A stretch of 56,753 bases of DNA, the filler included, from Dugesia japonica (Eukaryota): the NCBI GenBank assembly GCA_001938525.1. It is 5 parts of 5 records of this genome, joined end to end, with 100 filler letters (N's around TTAATTAATTAA, not from the genome) between each part and the next. Parts side by side here need not be neighbours in the genome. Positions count along the whole stretch, not along the records: positions 22,213 to 32,097 come from MQRL01627475.1; positions 32,198 to 40,624 come from MQRL01602192.1; 3 more parts are not named here. One strand, given 5' to 3'. Each line of letters starts with the position of its first letter. The stretch's first letter is position 1. Below are positions 26,271 through 39,699 of the stretch, one piece after another. Under the pieces are notes generated by a model. That model was not told the DNA's origin. It saw nothing but the letters and a program-made list of their open reading frames with translations, and did no database searches. Both the position numbers and the translations under genes were made by a program.

Positions 26271-29200
26271 AAAATAAAAATTCTAATTTGACTTTGACTT
26301 TGTGCTTTAAAATGACATGTATTGAAAACTCCATTTTAATAGGCAATAAAACAATTAGGATAGTAATATTTTGGGCAATTTAAAAGTATATTTTAATTTT
26401 GTGTTGAATTGTATAAATTTCAAAATGATACAACTAAAATTGAAGTTTTCAAATTTTTAATTTTAAATCGTAAATAATTATTAACGTTACATTTGCCAAA
26501 ATACTAAAGATCAAATTGATTTTCATCACAATTCCATTAATTTTCCTTCAACTTCATTCGACAACTTTCACATAGAAGATCCTTTGTTAATTGGTGTTTA
26601 AATGGCACCAAAACGAAGCACTTTACGATAGTAGTTTTTAAACCAATTCAAATATATAAATACTTGAATTATTTTAAACGTTGACTTGTTCCGCTGAGCA
26701 CAGAAAGTTATCATAGAAACGAAAGATTTTACGAGATAAGTTATCTGAGCAATGTATCAGACATTTGTATGTTTCATCAAATTCCCATTTTTAAAATTTT
26801 AAAAATATTCTCAACAAAAATATTAAAACCAGAAAATATTTCCTATAAAAAGCTGTAATGGAATACGCAAACAAGAATATGTTTATACCTAAATCTGGGC
26901 AAAACTCCAACCCTAAACACAAACTCCAGCACTTATATTATAAAGCAGACAATAATATTAACCCGAAATTCCAATATTAACAATAACACTAACCATAACT
27001 TTTATCCTTAATCTTAACACTAGCTACTAACACTAACATAGAACTATAACCATAATTCGATCAAATTGCAAAACGTTTCAACAAAAATAAAAAATTAAAA
27101 AATAAACCTGCAAATATTTTTGATTGTCAAGGGTTGGGGAGGAGGTGGGTATGACCTTAATCGCACCTTTCTACATGTGATAAGAGCCGTTACGAAATAC
27201 TTCAAAAAATAATTGTAAAGATTGTGAGTAGTTTAAAAGCGAGTTAAAATTTTTGTACTCTGGTTGGAAATTGTGTTTTAAAAAGCAAGTGATTTTGTTT
27301 TGAAAATTTTATAAAAGTTTTTATAAAATTTTTAAAGGATATGTTCATACGAATGTTTAATTTTTTGTTTTAAAAGTTTATGAAAATTTTAAAAGGTTTG
27401 TTATTAAAAATAATTATTTTCTGTAAAATTATCATATTAATTTAAATCAAGTTTTAAATTTTTGAAAAATAATTTCTGAATAAAGCATGGAGTTTTAATT
27501 TGTTTGATTAAACTAATAATGATGAATATAGTTTTTATTTTAAATAAATTTTATGGAATTGAATTTTGATGTTGATACTCCGAGTTCTCAACATTTATCT
27601 AATAAAGATTATGAAAAGTAAAGAACGTCTAAAGGAATGAAATTGTCTTTTATTTTGTTGTGACTTTTATTGTAATGTCATCCCAGTAATATTTTAACGT
27701 CAATACCCACCGGAAATATCTTATGTTCCTTAACTTCATCAGCACCAATTGCGTACGTTATTTATGCGTACTTGTTCAATTTATAAAATTTTAGTTTTTT
27801 CAATTTATTTCAAAGATAATAAAGTTTGGTGATGTTTTTTTAAATATTCTAGATCAGTGCAAAATTCTCTACTACACAGAAAAGTTGATGAGCAACTTCA
27901 ATGAGAAATATTTTATAAGAAAAAGATTTATCACAAAGAATACCAAGCAAAAAAATAAAAAAATCTTCATGTTTTGAAAACAAAAATTATTTTTGAAAAA
28001 AATTAGTTAATTTAAACAAAAATGTGATTTTTTACATAATTTCAGTGAAAATCAGGTTTTCTTTTTAAACTTTTTTTTCATTGTATTTCTTATAATGTGA
28101 TAAATGATACATTCTTTCTATTTGCCATTTTTTAAAGAAATAAAATAATGAATAAAATAAAAAAAAACAGTATAAAATTTCCCTACTTATAGAGTTGACA
28201 CAACACTTATCATATGTTATTGCTTACTATTGAGGAGAAAATATTCATTAAAAACACATTTAATGTATAATTTAAAGTACAAAAAAGAATTTCGATGAAA
28301 ACGGTAAAACGTGCATTTTTATTGTATGCCTGCATGTTGCATCTATGATAAGATAATGAAAAATGGATGATTTATTATTAAGGCAAATATATAAAAGAAA
28401 AATAAGTAAACATGCACCAAAAATGTTATTAATTGTTCGACGAATTCTAAATTCCTAGTTTACTACATAAAAGATAAATTAAATTCTTTTATATTTTTGT
28501 GAACTTCTTTTCTAGAAAAAAAGAATTTTATAATTATTTACAAATATTTCTTATTTTACTCATAATTAGTCAATATTTCCAGTTTATAATCAAATCTTTT
28601 CAATTCTTCCTTCAACATCTCTTCTTTTGTTTCGTGTTTCTTTTTAATGAAATATACTAATTCCTCAAAATGTTTTTCAATTTTTGATAACTAAAAATAG
28701 TTTTCAATTTGTTTATATTAAATAAAAATTCAAAAATATCTAATTAATTTATTATTTGAAATATTTTAAATTATTTAGTAAAATGTAAAATTATTATATA
28801 ATACAAATTTTGTAACAAATAAGATTTGCATTTAAATATATATTTTATAGTTGCATTAATAATAATAAATAAAGATATTTAAAAAATAAATAAAAGCAAT
28901 AATAATAAAAAAAATAATAAAATTACTTCAAAAATTAACCAAAAGTTTAGAAAAAAATAAAATACTAAAATAAACAAAATGTAAAAGATAAATTTAAAAA
29001 AAACCTTGTAAAAAATTTTAAAAATTAATTATAAACAATAAAATGAATAAAGAAATAAATAAATAAATAATTAAAAAAAACTACTTTAATGTATAACAAA
29101 TATTAAGTAAATTAATTTAAAAGAAAATAAAAATAAAGTTTGTAAAAGTAAAACAAAAAAAATACTTTAAAAAAATATAAACAAAGTATTTAAAATAAAT

Positions 29201-29320
29201 TAAATACGTAAATAAATAGAAAAATAAATAGATAATCGAAAATAAATTACCTAAAAAATTATTTGAAACATTTATTGATTGAAAGAAAGCTGATGATGAA
29301 TTTATGATATTTCAAATGAA

Positions 29321-30875
29321 TGTTGGGGTTTTATCTAGGTAAGTGTACAAATCTAGGGTAATTGTCATAATAAAAACCCGCGAAGAATTTAATCTGGTGT
29401 CCCCGAAAAATACAGATCTTCGGAATAGAGTCGTTGACTCGAAATTCGAGTACAGATTCGCATTCCTTTGGTTCGGGTTCCTATTACGTGATACTCGCTC
29501 GATCCTTTAGATCTACTTATTCCTTATCAGATAACATTTATTAATTTATTATAAATCCTTTATTATATTTTTATTTAACTAAAGTTTACTAATTGATGTT
29601 TATAAACGTTTGATGGTATTAGTTTATTCAAAAGTTCCATTTTAACAACCTATACTTTAAGTAAGTTCTAGAACCGAAGTTATTGGGTAGAACATAAAAC
29701 AAAAGAATTGAACTAGTGAAAAATATATTGGATATGGCAAATTTTATTTGTTATACATACGCTTAGTAAATACGACAATTAATAAAACTAACATGACCTG
29801 AATCCCGATCCGGAGCCGGCACAGTAACTGGAGCTGGACCTCTTCGGTGGCCATCAGCGACTTTAGTGGTACCCCATAGCTTTCCATTTTCGAGTCGGGA
29901 AATCGTTGCACCTCCAAAACGAAAATCGTAATTACCTTGATTGAGAGTTTCTAATTGTCTTTGAAAAGTGATGATTTTTTATGATTTTTGCATCGGTATT
30001 TATACCAGTTTTTTGCTACACCCTCGTTCTTTTCATTGGCTAATTTTCATTCTTTTGCGTCCTATTGGTTGGTTATTTTAATTTCATCACATGATTTCTT
30101 CTGATGGGCCAGAATTTTGGAATTTGAGTGCAACTTGTCACAATTTTGTCACAACTTGCTACCTAGCATTTTTGAATTCCCTGATTTTTTCTGATTCGTA
30201 ATTCTCTTATTTGACAATTTTGAATTGACGAAAAGTCTCCATTTTTCTCACTTTTGTTGAAAAATTTATTTTCTTCTTTAAAATAAATCATTTTAATTTT
30301 ATATGATTTATCTTATTTAAATAAATAAATAATTTTATTTTATTTTCTTCATAAAATTAATTCGATGTTCATTTTTCTTTCTGATTTAAACTAATTTTAA
30401 TTTTGTTGCCTACTTCCATTAATTAATTTATTTTTTCTTTCTTCGATAATTCCTACATTAGGATTTCCTTCTTTTTAACTAATGAATCAGTTCCTTAGCC
30501 ATCGTTTATTATTTTCCTTCTTCTGATTATCGCTTCTTTACTTAGTCGGCTTTTTTATTTCTTCGTTATCCTCTGCTGTAGTTCTAGTTCTTTAATCCTT
30601 CGCACGAGTTTTGACCTTCTAATCCAATTTTATCTTTCGTCATTCTTCTTTCCAACTAGATTATGCCCTTTTTGGGTCTGACTTCTTCATTTTCTTTTCT
30701 TATGTAGATTTTTCGAATTTCGTGTTTACTTACGCCATTTTATTTGCCTTAATNNNNNNNNNNNNNNNNNNNNNNNNNNNNNNNNNNNNNNNNNNNNNNN
30801 NNNTATGTAGATTTTTCGAATTTCGTGTTTACTTACGCCATTTTATTTGCCTTAATCCGGTGTTTCACCCCAACA
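29321..30875 (-). mobile_element. Solo-LTR-like element (copy E, 1.55 kb)
   Basis: TGTTGGGG...CCCCAACA ends; 5' end TGTTGGGGTGAAACACC identical to copy C; CCAAT/TATA at ~29995-30075; shared 3' module. No clean TSD (TGAA vs CAAA). Confidence 0.8.
29744..29887 (-). CDS. 47-aa small ORF with a hydrophobic C-terminal segment, in copy E
   Basis: MESYGVPLKSLMATEEVQLQLLCRLRIGIQVMLVLLIVVFTKRMYNK*, in a GC-richer island just downstream of the TATA box. Confidence 0.3.
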   Translation of the reverse strand: MESYGVPLKSLMATEEVQLQLLCRLRIGIQVMLVLLIVVFTKRMYNK

Positions 30876-31483
30876 CAAATACATGATAACATAGAAAATC
30901 TTTAGATATAATAATGAAATGGAATACAATTCAAAAGTTTTATAATGCTGAATTTTATAATTTTAAAAATGCTTTGGTTAATAATATACAAAGAAATTTT
31001 ATTTTACCAGTAATTTTTTAAACATGTGCATAATTATTCTTTCAATACATTTTTGAATAGAATTTATCTTAATAAAATGTCAAAAAAGCACATTCCGTAA
31101 TTTTATTACACAGTATTATTATTCGTAGACTGTAAAGATATATTGTGGTAAGAGCGAGGGGAGATCCAATGCGCTCGTATCTTCGAACTTTTATGCATTG
31201 CTGAGTAAATAAAAAATTGTGGTGCCAGATAATTAAAAGTGTTCTTAACTTTCTTCGAAATTCAATATAATATATATATAATAAATTATTTAAATATTTT
31301 AAAATTATTAACCTCAATTTGATACAAATTCATTATTACATGTTTGATCTGTGTTTTATTTCTTTGTACAAATGTAGAATATGATTCTTTTACTCTTATT
31401 GTTTTATCTCCAAATTCGAACCACCAAAATATTTTCTAAAATTTTTATTAATGGAATATATTTAAAAATTCACACAAAATTAC

Positions 31484-31871
31484 TGTAACATCATAATATG
31501 GCAAAGTTAACAGATAATCTGGTATTTTATAATCTATATAACAATCTATTGTGATTTCATTTCGTTTATCTTTATTGATTTCCTGTATTCTTTTATTGAT
31601 TTCATCAATACACAAAACTTTTAAATGTTTTCCCAATAATTCAATTACTTTAATTGAAATTTTTTCTTCGATATTAGAAATCATCTGCGGTGCATTTCCT
31701 TTATAACATTTACCATTATGATCAACAATTATTTCGAGTATTTCATATAATATTGTGTTTATTTGAAGATCATTTTTGCTATTTTCAATGTGCCTTTGAA
31801 CATAATTTAGAAAATAAGAATATTTCTCGGAAGCGATTTTTGTTTCGTCAATACTTTCTAACATTTTTATT
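31484..31871 (-). CDS. Probable host exon, product unknown
   Basis: TTTTCCTTTCAG acceptor, ~130 stop-free codons, candidate GTAATT donor. Confidence 0.5.
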
Positions 31872-32759
31872 CTGAAAGGAAAACAATGACTTTTTAGTAA
31901 TTAAGTTTTAATAAATAAAACTTAAAATTTTGCTGGAGTGCTTATTTAATGTATTTCATTTAGTTTTATAGTTTCTTAATTTCGTTAAAAATTTTATTCA
32001 TTACTAAATTTTATATATGACTTCAATTTAATGATAATAATCCATTCAGAATTTTTAATAAAATGAAAATCAGATCATACTAAAATATAATATTAATNNN
32101 NNNNNNNNNNNNNNNNNNNNNNNNNNNNNNNNNNNNNNNNNTTAATTAATTAANNNNNNNNNNNNNNNNNNNNNNNNNNNNNNNNNNNNNNNNNNNNAAT
32201 CAATAATAATAATAATCAATAATAATAACAATCAATAATATGCAATGATAACTACAATAATCAATAATAATAATAATATCATGAATTATTCATAAATTTG
32301 ATAAATATTTACAAAGCTGTTTCTACAAATTCATTTCTATTCATTTGCTAGCTCATTTTCTAGAAAATAGAATAAAATTAAATATCACAAGATAAAATTT
32401 GCTACAATATCAGTAATTTATTTCTTCGTGCTATTTGTTTTAATTGTAAAATAATTTTCTATGAAATACTGTTAATTAATTAATTAATTAATATTAATTA
32501 ATTTGGAAAATGACGAAATATTTAAAATTTTTGTTTTGAAAAATATTTCATGAATGCAGTTTTACATTTGTTTTACATCAGTTTGAAAGTAATCTAGATT
32601 TGTGATTCTTAACCTTTTATTTACCGCAATTTTCCCTTAATTTTCTTTGTTATAATGGTAGTTCTATTGATAGGCTATTGTATATTTGTTGTCTTAAAAA
32701 ATATGATCTATGGATTGTAAATTGCTTAACAAACATTATTATTACAAAAGTAAACAGAT

Positions 32760-33230
32760 ACAAAGTGTGACAATAAAGTTATCGGACTTGAGCAATAAAA
32801 GATCTAAGACAATATGTAAGATTACAATATATAACATTTTATCCTTCTAATTATTTCCCAATGACGTTAATATACGTCATACATCGTTGATGCAAATCTA
32901 AAGAACTGTTTTTAAAATCTTCTTTTGGAATTTTCTTCAATTGATAATAGTTTTCAGCTTTGGAAATAGCACGAACTCTGATAGAGCCAAATATGGTGGA
33001 TGGTTGATCATCATGACTCGTTTCTTGGGAAAAAAACGCTTTACAATAGTTGCCTTGTGAGCAGACTATGAAGAATAAATCGTACACAAATCTTTCTTTT
33101 ACCAAAATTCTTAATCATCATTTTCCGAATCGATTTTCTGATGATTTCTATATAAACTTCCATCATCCTTAAAGTGGTTCGTATATTGGTTCCAACAATT
33201 CCTGTAATTTTATTTTGATTTTCATGATTT
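32760..33230 (-). mobile_element. Mariner relic (deleted and truncated)
   Basis: ICVRFILHSL (WVPHEL equivalent) and C-terminal IPKEDFKNSSLDLHQRC. Confidence 0.65.
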
Positions 33231-33279
33231 ATGATGACTGATGGGCGTCTACTTCTTTCATTATCGATAATATCTTCGC

Positions 33280-36200
33280 AGCCTTTACGAAGACGAGAGT
33301 ACCACTCAAAAACAGTTCATCTTGATAGCCTATTGTTCTCACACACTGATTTTCCATTTCAAAACTGAAACAATACAATACAAAGATTAGCCAATAAAAT
33401 AAACTACATCTGTCTGAACATAAAATATATTTGCATGGTCTGCCGTTCTCAATATAGGTGCTGTCGTCAGCATTTCTTTTAATTTCTTGAAGCTCTCTTC
33501 ACATTCTGAATTCCACTTTACTTTATCACACATCTTCTTGCTAAAGAGATCTTAGGAGATCTCTTGCTAAAGAGATCTTAATGACAAAACAATGAAAGCT
33601 AAATTATTGGTATGAGCCCTATAATAATTCAGCATTCACATAAACTGGCGAACCTCTTTCTTTGATTTAGGGCGCGGGGGTCTTGTATTATTGTAAATTT
33701 GTCTGTCATTGGGGAAACTTCTCCATTCTCGATCATCTTACATAGAAACTCGGTTTTAAACATCATAAGCTTACTCTTTAAGACTAGTTGCTAATTATTC
33801 TTTTAGTACATTTTCCAAAGTTTCAATATGCTCTTGAGTCCTATGTGAATAAACTATAATATCATCTAAAAAAGCAGCACTATTAGGAATATTTTTAAGA
33901 AAACTATCCATCATTCTTTGATAAGTTGCTGGTGGATTTTAAAATCTAAATGACATTCTTTTAAACTGATAAAGACCAAAAAGGAGTCATAAATGCACTT
34001 TTAGATCTGTGCTGGAATTTTATTGGAACCTGATAATATTTATTCTTTAGATCAATTGTACTAATATATTTTGAATTTCCTAACGAATCGATAATTTTCT
34101 CGATCTCTGGCATCGGATGGCAGTCAATGAGTGTCTTCATTAATTTGCGAAATATCCTGCGCTAATCTTAGTGTTCCATTTTTTGGAACAAATAAGGTAG
34201 GACTGGCATACGGACTTGATGAATTATATCTTCCTTAAGTAATATAACGATTTAATTCTTCATGGTATCTCGAAGCGAATGTGCCAATGGGCTTGAGAGT
34301 TATTGGCTTATCTGTTAATTGAATATTGAATTCCGTTGACCTTGTCAATCCTGGTTCGACGGATAAACGTCTTGTTAAAGTTCTACCAATTTTTTAAACG
34401 TTTGAAATAATTTATCTGGTAGTTCTTCATTGAGTTGGACGGTATTCCAATTTGAGATTGCGGATTCAGATTCTAGAGCTGATTGTACGATTATTTCTTA
34501 CTAATTTATCCATGAGCTCAGAAGATTAACGTGAAATGTTCTATCTTTTCTTTGTCCTTCCTGTGTCAACTTTATAGTTAACGTCTCCAAATTTTTTCTA
34601 CAATTTTATAGGGTCCCCGCCATCCTGACATAATTTTATTCGCAGATGTCGGTAATAAAGCTAAAATTTCATCGCCTGGGACAAATTGTCTCTTGATTTT
34701 TTATCACACCATTTCTTTTTTGATTTTTTTAAAGCTTTCTTGCTGTAACTTGCATTAATTTATCTTTTAAGTTTAACACAAATTCGCAGATGTTTGATTC
34801 AACCTCCTCTTCACCCAAGATATCTGTGTCAGCTTACGATAAAGGCCTTAAACATAACGAACATAGTACAAAAGAACTAAATCCCAAATTTCCATGGATT
34901 GGGGAACAGTAAGCATAGCATAAATATGGCAAGAATTCATTCCAATCTTTACCATCGGTATCCGCTGATAATTGCCTTAGCATTGCCTTTAGAGTACCAT
35001 GGAATGTTTCACATGTTCTGTTAGTCTGAGGGTGATATGAGGAAGTTCTGATGTGTTTGATGCCAAGAAAATTATATAATTGCATCATTATTGAGCTTAA
35101 AGAGTTCGTTGCCTGATCAGTAAGAATCTCAGTTGGTATACCTACCTTGCAAAAATAATGAGAAATATCTCTAGCCACGGTTTTTAACCGCATATTTGCA
35201 ACTGGTATAGCTTCTGGATATATAGTTACATAATCAATTATAACGATTATAAACCTGCTTTTTCTGTTTGATAGATTTAATAGTCCAATCATATCGATTC
35301 CAACTCTGAAAAATGGTCCACAAATAGTTGGTGTTGTAACAAGTGGAGCTTTGTTAACAACTAGCTTTCTATTAGCTTTTTGGCATTGGTAGCAACCTTT
35401 ACACCATTGTTTAATATAGTTTCCAATTCTGGCCAATTGAAGAACTTTTCAATTCTCTTTCGAATTTTATTTATTCCTGGATGACCTGTGGTAGGTACAT
35501 CATGAGCTTATTCAATAATTTTTCTTCGATACCTTTGAGGAACAACAACTTCAGACGTTTTAGAATTTCTAAACATGAAAATTTCATTTTCTAAGAAATA
35601 ATTGAAATGTTGTTCTAATGTTTCAAAACTCTCTTTAAGTGATTCGTCATTATTTTCAATTTTCAGCTTCTCTGGGTTTATTTCAGAGAGTTCATTTTTG
35701 TCTTCCGGTAAGTGTTCAACTGATACATTTTTAATAATTTCAGCATCTGAAGGGTATTTGTCAAAAGTTTCAGGAGGAATATCATCGATCGATAATATCC
35801 TAGGTTTATTAAGTTTCTCTTCCAGTTTACTACTCTTATTTTCCTCATTAGCTTTTATCGACTTTGATCTAGTTATTATTTCACATATATGGTCGATCTC
35901 ATTACCTAGTAGAAAACCATGCTTGCTTTCCATTACAATTGCTCTAGTACTCATCGGGTTTTTCTTCAATTTCCAGTTCAACATTTTCAATATGCGCTTC
36001 ATCAATTTTCCCCTTAGTCAAATAATCACAGTTTCACTAGTTAGATCCGAATTTCTTGTGGGCAAAATAACCACATTGCTACTCATTTAGTGCAATACTT
36101 TGGTACATGTCGCTGAACTCCACACGTATAACATTTTATTGGTTGATCTTTGAAGATTTGAATTGATTGTATTATTTGAATATCTTTTAAAGCCATTGGC

Positions 36201-36955
36201 TGCATCAAATCTATCCGCGGCTTTTACCATTTCTTCAATATTCTGATGTTCTATTTCTTCGATTTTTCTTAAAATGGAAACAGTATTTTTTCGATATTGT
36301 TCTTCCAATATAATTTCTTTAATTGCTTCAATATTGTTTGCATTTCTAGATTGGAAGCATCTTGCTAATTCTGATTTTAATTTGTGTAGCCATTCTACGT
36401 GATTTTCTGACTCGAGGTTTCGTATTGATCGAAATGTTTTTCTCTATTGTTCTGGATTCAATTTGAATCTTTTTAAAATCGCATTTTTTATAATATCATA
36501 ATTTTTTAGTCATCCAATGGTAATCTTAAAAAGGCTTCTCTAGCTTTACTTGTAAGGAGGGATTATGGAATATACTTCATTTGTGATGTTTGATTCCTTG
36601 AGTAGTAGGCCAACTCTCAAAATGATCTAAATATATCTCAATTTATCACCTTCGACATATGGTTTGAGCAATACGTTCGACATATTACATTGAAGATTTT
36701 GGGTTTGTCTTGCTTCTATTGCTAATCTTTTTTCTTCAAACTGAAATTTTCTTTGCTCTAATTCATTTTCCCTTCTACACTCTTCCAGTTCGTCTGGCCT
36801 TCTACGTTCATCAAATTCATCTTGTCTTATACGCTCATCGAGTTCTTCTTGTCTTCTTTTGTCGTATTCTATCCTCTCGTTCTTGACGCTTTTCTTCCAC
36901 TTCAAATTCCAATATTTTCAATTCGATATCGAATTGATTAGCTCGTGACGCCATT
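33280..36955 (-). mobile_element. Decayed Gmr1-like Ty3/gypsy element (gag-PR-INT-RT-RH order)
   Basis: On the minus strand: coiled-coil/SCAN-like gag (36900-36100), protease remnant FLLGNE, integrase (AHDVPTTGHPG, CYQCQ, GIDMIG, ILTDQ, YHPQTN; 35510-34600), then RT (SPYASP, NPPATYQRMMD, AAFLDDIIV ~33860) and RNase H. Confidence 0.9.
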
Positions 36956-37081
36956 CTGACAATTTTCAAATAAATCTAGTTGAAAATCCAAATTCAAAAA
37001 TTTATTCTGCTACATAAACAAAAATTTTAAATTAATTGTCACACACACCTTGTGTTATATTATTTGCTATTATAACTGTGT

Positions 37082-37824
37082 ATTACGATGGTAAGAAAAT
37101 AATGACATTTTTTAACTTTTATTTTAAACTCGACCAATTCATGTCCAAATAACTTTTATTAATTGAAATAACACCTATTGCAATTGACACATACTTGCTG
37201 ACGGGAAATAAGTTAATGTATCTCGGTAGTATAGAATTCCTGTGTTTTGGATTCAATAAACTGTCGGAAATTATTTTAAGTTGCACTCTGGTTGTTAAAA
37301 ATTTTACCTTGCAGATAGAGTACATTTTTAAAAAAAAATGATGAGAAGTAGATGAGAAGTCCGGTGAAGAATGGTGTATGCTGCAAAATTTCGTACTCCA
37401 ACATACGCAACTTATTTTAATCGTTACTTGTGCAACGTGTGACTGTATATTGTTACGAAGATTAATAATACCTACTCTGTTGACCAATATCGGACGAAGA
37501 TTTTGCCTTTTTTTGCATCTTATCGATTTCCTGGTAATACTTATCTTTTGTAATTGTTTCTATAGGAATCAGAAAGTTATAATGAATAATGGATCTAACA
37601 TACCATTAAAATGGTGAGCATAATGTTTTAGTGAAGTTCTGTTTTTTTTGGAAAGTGTTTATGGGCTTGGTGCCGATCCAACCACTGAGGTGAAGACTTG
37701 CGATTTTCATCTATTTTTCATATGTCACTATACATTTCAAAATGCCGATTTTTTTGTTTCTCATTTATATCACACGGTACCAATTTTTCAAGTTTCTCAA
37801 CCTTGCCAAGCTGTTTCAGATAGT
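37082..37824 (-). mobile_element. Hsmar1/cecropia-like mariner, 3' part
   Basis: QWLDRHQAHKHFPK, SSPDFSSTSHHFF and LQGKIFNNQ...FRQFIESKTQEFY...LISRQQVCVNCN closely parallel the Hsmar1/SETMAR transposase C-terminus. Confidence 0.85.
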
Positions 37825-38378
37825 NNNNNNNNNNNNNNNNNNNNNNNNNNNNNNNNNNNNNNNNNNNNNNNNNNNNAATTGTTCACGGCAGATGGATGTC
37901 CCTGACCTTCTTTATCTGTTAGGCTTTCTTTTCCGCCTGTAAATCTTTTAAATCATCGTTGCATAGTGCGATTATTTACGGACTTTTGTCCGAATGTGCC
38001 GTTGACATTACGAGTAGTTTCTACAGCTCTATGGCTTAGTTTAAACTCGTATAAATAAATCGCACGCCATTACATGGAGGTTGATCTATTAATATTAAAA
38101 CAAAGACCAAATAAATATTATTTGGACCTGAGTTGTTTGAGTTAAAATCTAAAGGTTAAAAAACAACACTGTTTTTATTATACAATTTACTGAATTATTA
38201 TTGCAAAATATTCCTATTAATCAGCTTTAAAGTTACATTCTTGCGGTGCAATAGTTAATAACTGCTGATAAATTAAAATAGTTCTAGTAATCCATATTTC
38301 TGTGATTTTATTCAACCTGTAATTATGTTATGGAACAAACTTTAGCTTATCAAATTTTAGTTTCTTCAATCCAATAAT

Positions 38379-38633
38379 ATGATGAGTTATAGTTTATTGG
38401 TCGGTATTCATGACCCTGAAATGATGGGTAAAGTTGATAAAACTCCCAGTGATGAAGAATGTGCATTTAGTCCTGGTGAAGATGATGACACTGTCAATGG
38501 AGGCGCTGATGATGTTGTAGACTCTGCTGGTCATGAATCAGAGGGTGCAAATGTTACTTCGGATTCTGAAATTACTGGCGCTCTTCAGTCTATTAAACAG
38601 GGAGATAGTGCATGTAAGAACTTTGAATTATAG
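38379..38633 (+). other. Acidic ORF fragment, likely a DNA-transposon remnant
   Basis: D/E/S-rich 84-aa frame with no diagnostic motif. Confidence 0.25.
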
Positions 38634-38837
38634 GTCTGCACGGGTCGTGTTTAATCTTCGTATATATCTCATGAAATATCTCGATATTAGGGGTTCCAAA
38701 AAATCACCCAAAATAAAAAACCGGTTAATTAGTTTTCACTGGCTTCAGGAAATTTAATTTTTATATAAATTATGAAATATGCCAAAAAATAACTTTATTG
38801 AATTAGTTATTACTGATAATTTTTTGTATTCGGAAAT

Positions 38838-39499
38838 ATTAGGGTGGTAAATAAGTTCCCTTGTGTTTTCTTATTAAAATTATTTATAGAAAAAATCACC
38901 TATTATTTTATTATTTATAAATAACAAATAAATCAAATATATATTCACTATCATTGTTCAAGACTCTCCCACTTCTTGACTAATTTGTTGATGCCATTTT
39001 CTTCTTGGCTTAGAAGTGTGTCTCTTAAGTGTTCACTTCTTTCGCTGCTTCATTGACGTAGGGGCACCATTTTTCATCTTCCTTCACGATTCTGTACAGA
39101 AATCGTTACTTATGAACGCATGTCACTCGGTACCCGGACGAGATGTGAAACCGAAATTTGGAGAGATTTTCATTGTTTTCAAACAACTTCTCTCACACTT
39201 GATGAAGTACTAAGAGTTTTACTCCAAGTTAATAATAATCAATGTTCTAAAACTTGAAAAGTTGAGATAAGAGAGTTCGCCATTTTTAAAAACACCGGAA
39301 CGCGAACTGAAAATCTCAACCAACTTTGTAACACACAGTCAACACAATCAAGCCGACATCTATCGATTCTGAGAGAATCTCCTCTATTACATCAAATTTT
39401 TACAGAATAATTCGTTCAAGTAAACACTTTATCAAACAAATAACAAAATAGCGATGAAATAAAAATAAAAAACGTGGGAAATTTATTTACCAACCTATT
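38838..39499 (-). mobile_element. Internally deleted mariner
   Basis: TIRs TTAGGGTGGTAAATAAGTTCCC / GGGAAATTTATTTACCAACCTA; RIVKEDEKWCPYV and GINKLVKKWE remnants. Confidence 0.85.
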
Positions 39500-39566
39500 A
39501 GATTAAAATATAATAAAAAAAATTGTATTTGAGTAATACAAATAAATAACACCATTTAAAACTTTA

Positions 39567-39607
39567 TTGTTATATATTTCGACTGATCAACCGTCATCAT
39601 CAGACAA
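39567..39607 (-). ncRNA. Hammerhead ribozyme in a Penelope pLTR fragment (39550-39700; same family as 19740-19880)
   Basis: rc TTGT-CTGATGA-TGACGGTTGATCAGTC-GAAA-TATATA-ACAA; flanks align with 19740-19880. Confidence 0.8.
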
Positions 39608-39699
39608 AAATGAAGAAAAAGAGTTTATCCAGTCTGTATTATTTAAACAAATATTAATGCAATTATACTGAATATAAGACGGCTATTATTTTTAAATTT

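Noticed and set aside
30701-30856. Exact direct repeats flanking short gaps (also 21207-21323 and 42214-42363)
   Set aside because: Unmerged contig overlaps, an assembly artefact.
35602-36090. 162-aa plus-strand ORF, and similar ORFs at 1461, 45439, 50344 and 51003
   Set aside because: Antisense shadows of coding sequence on the opposite strand.
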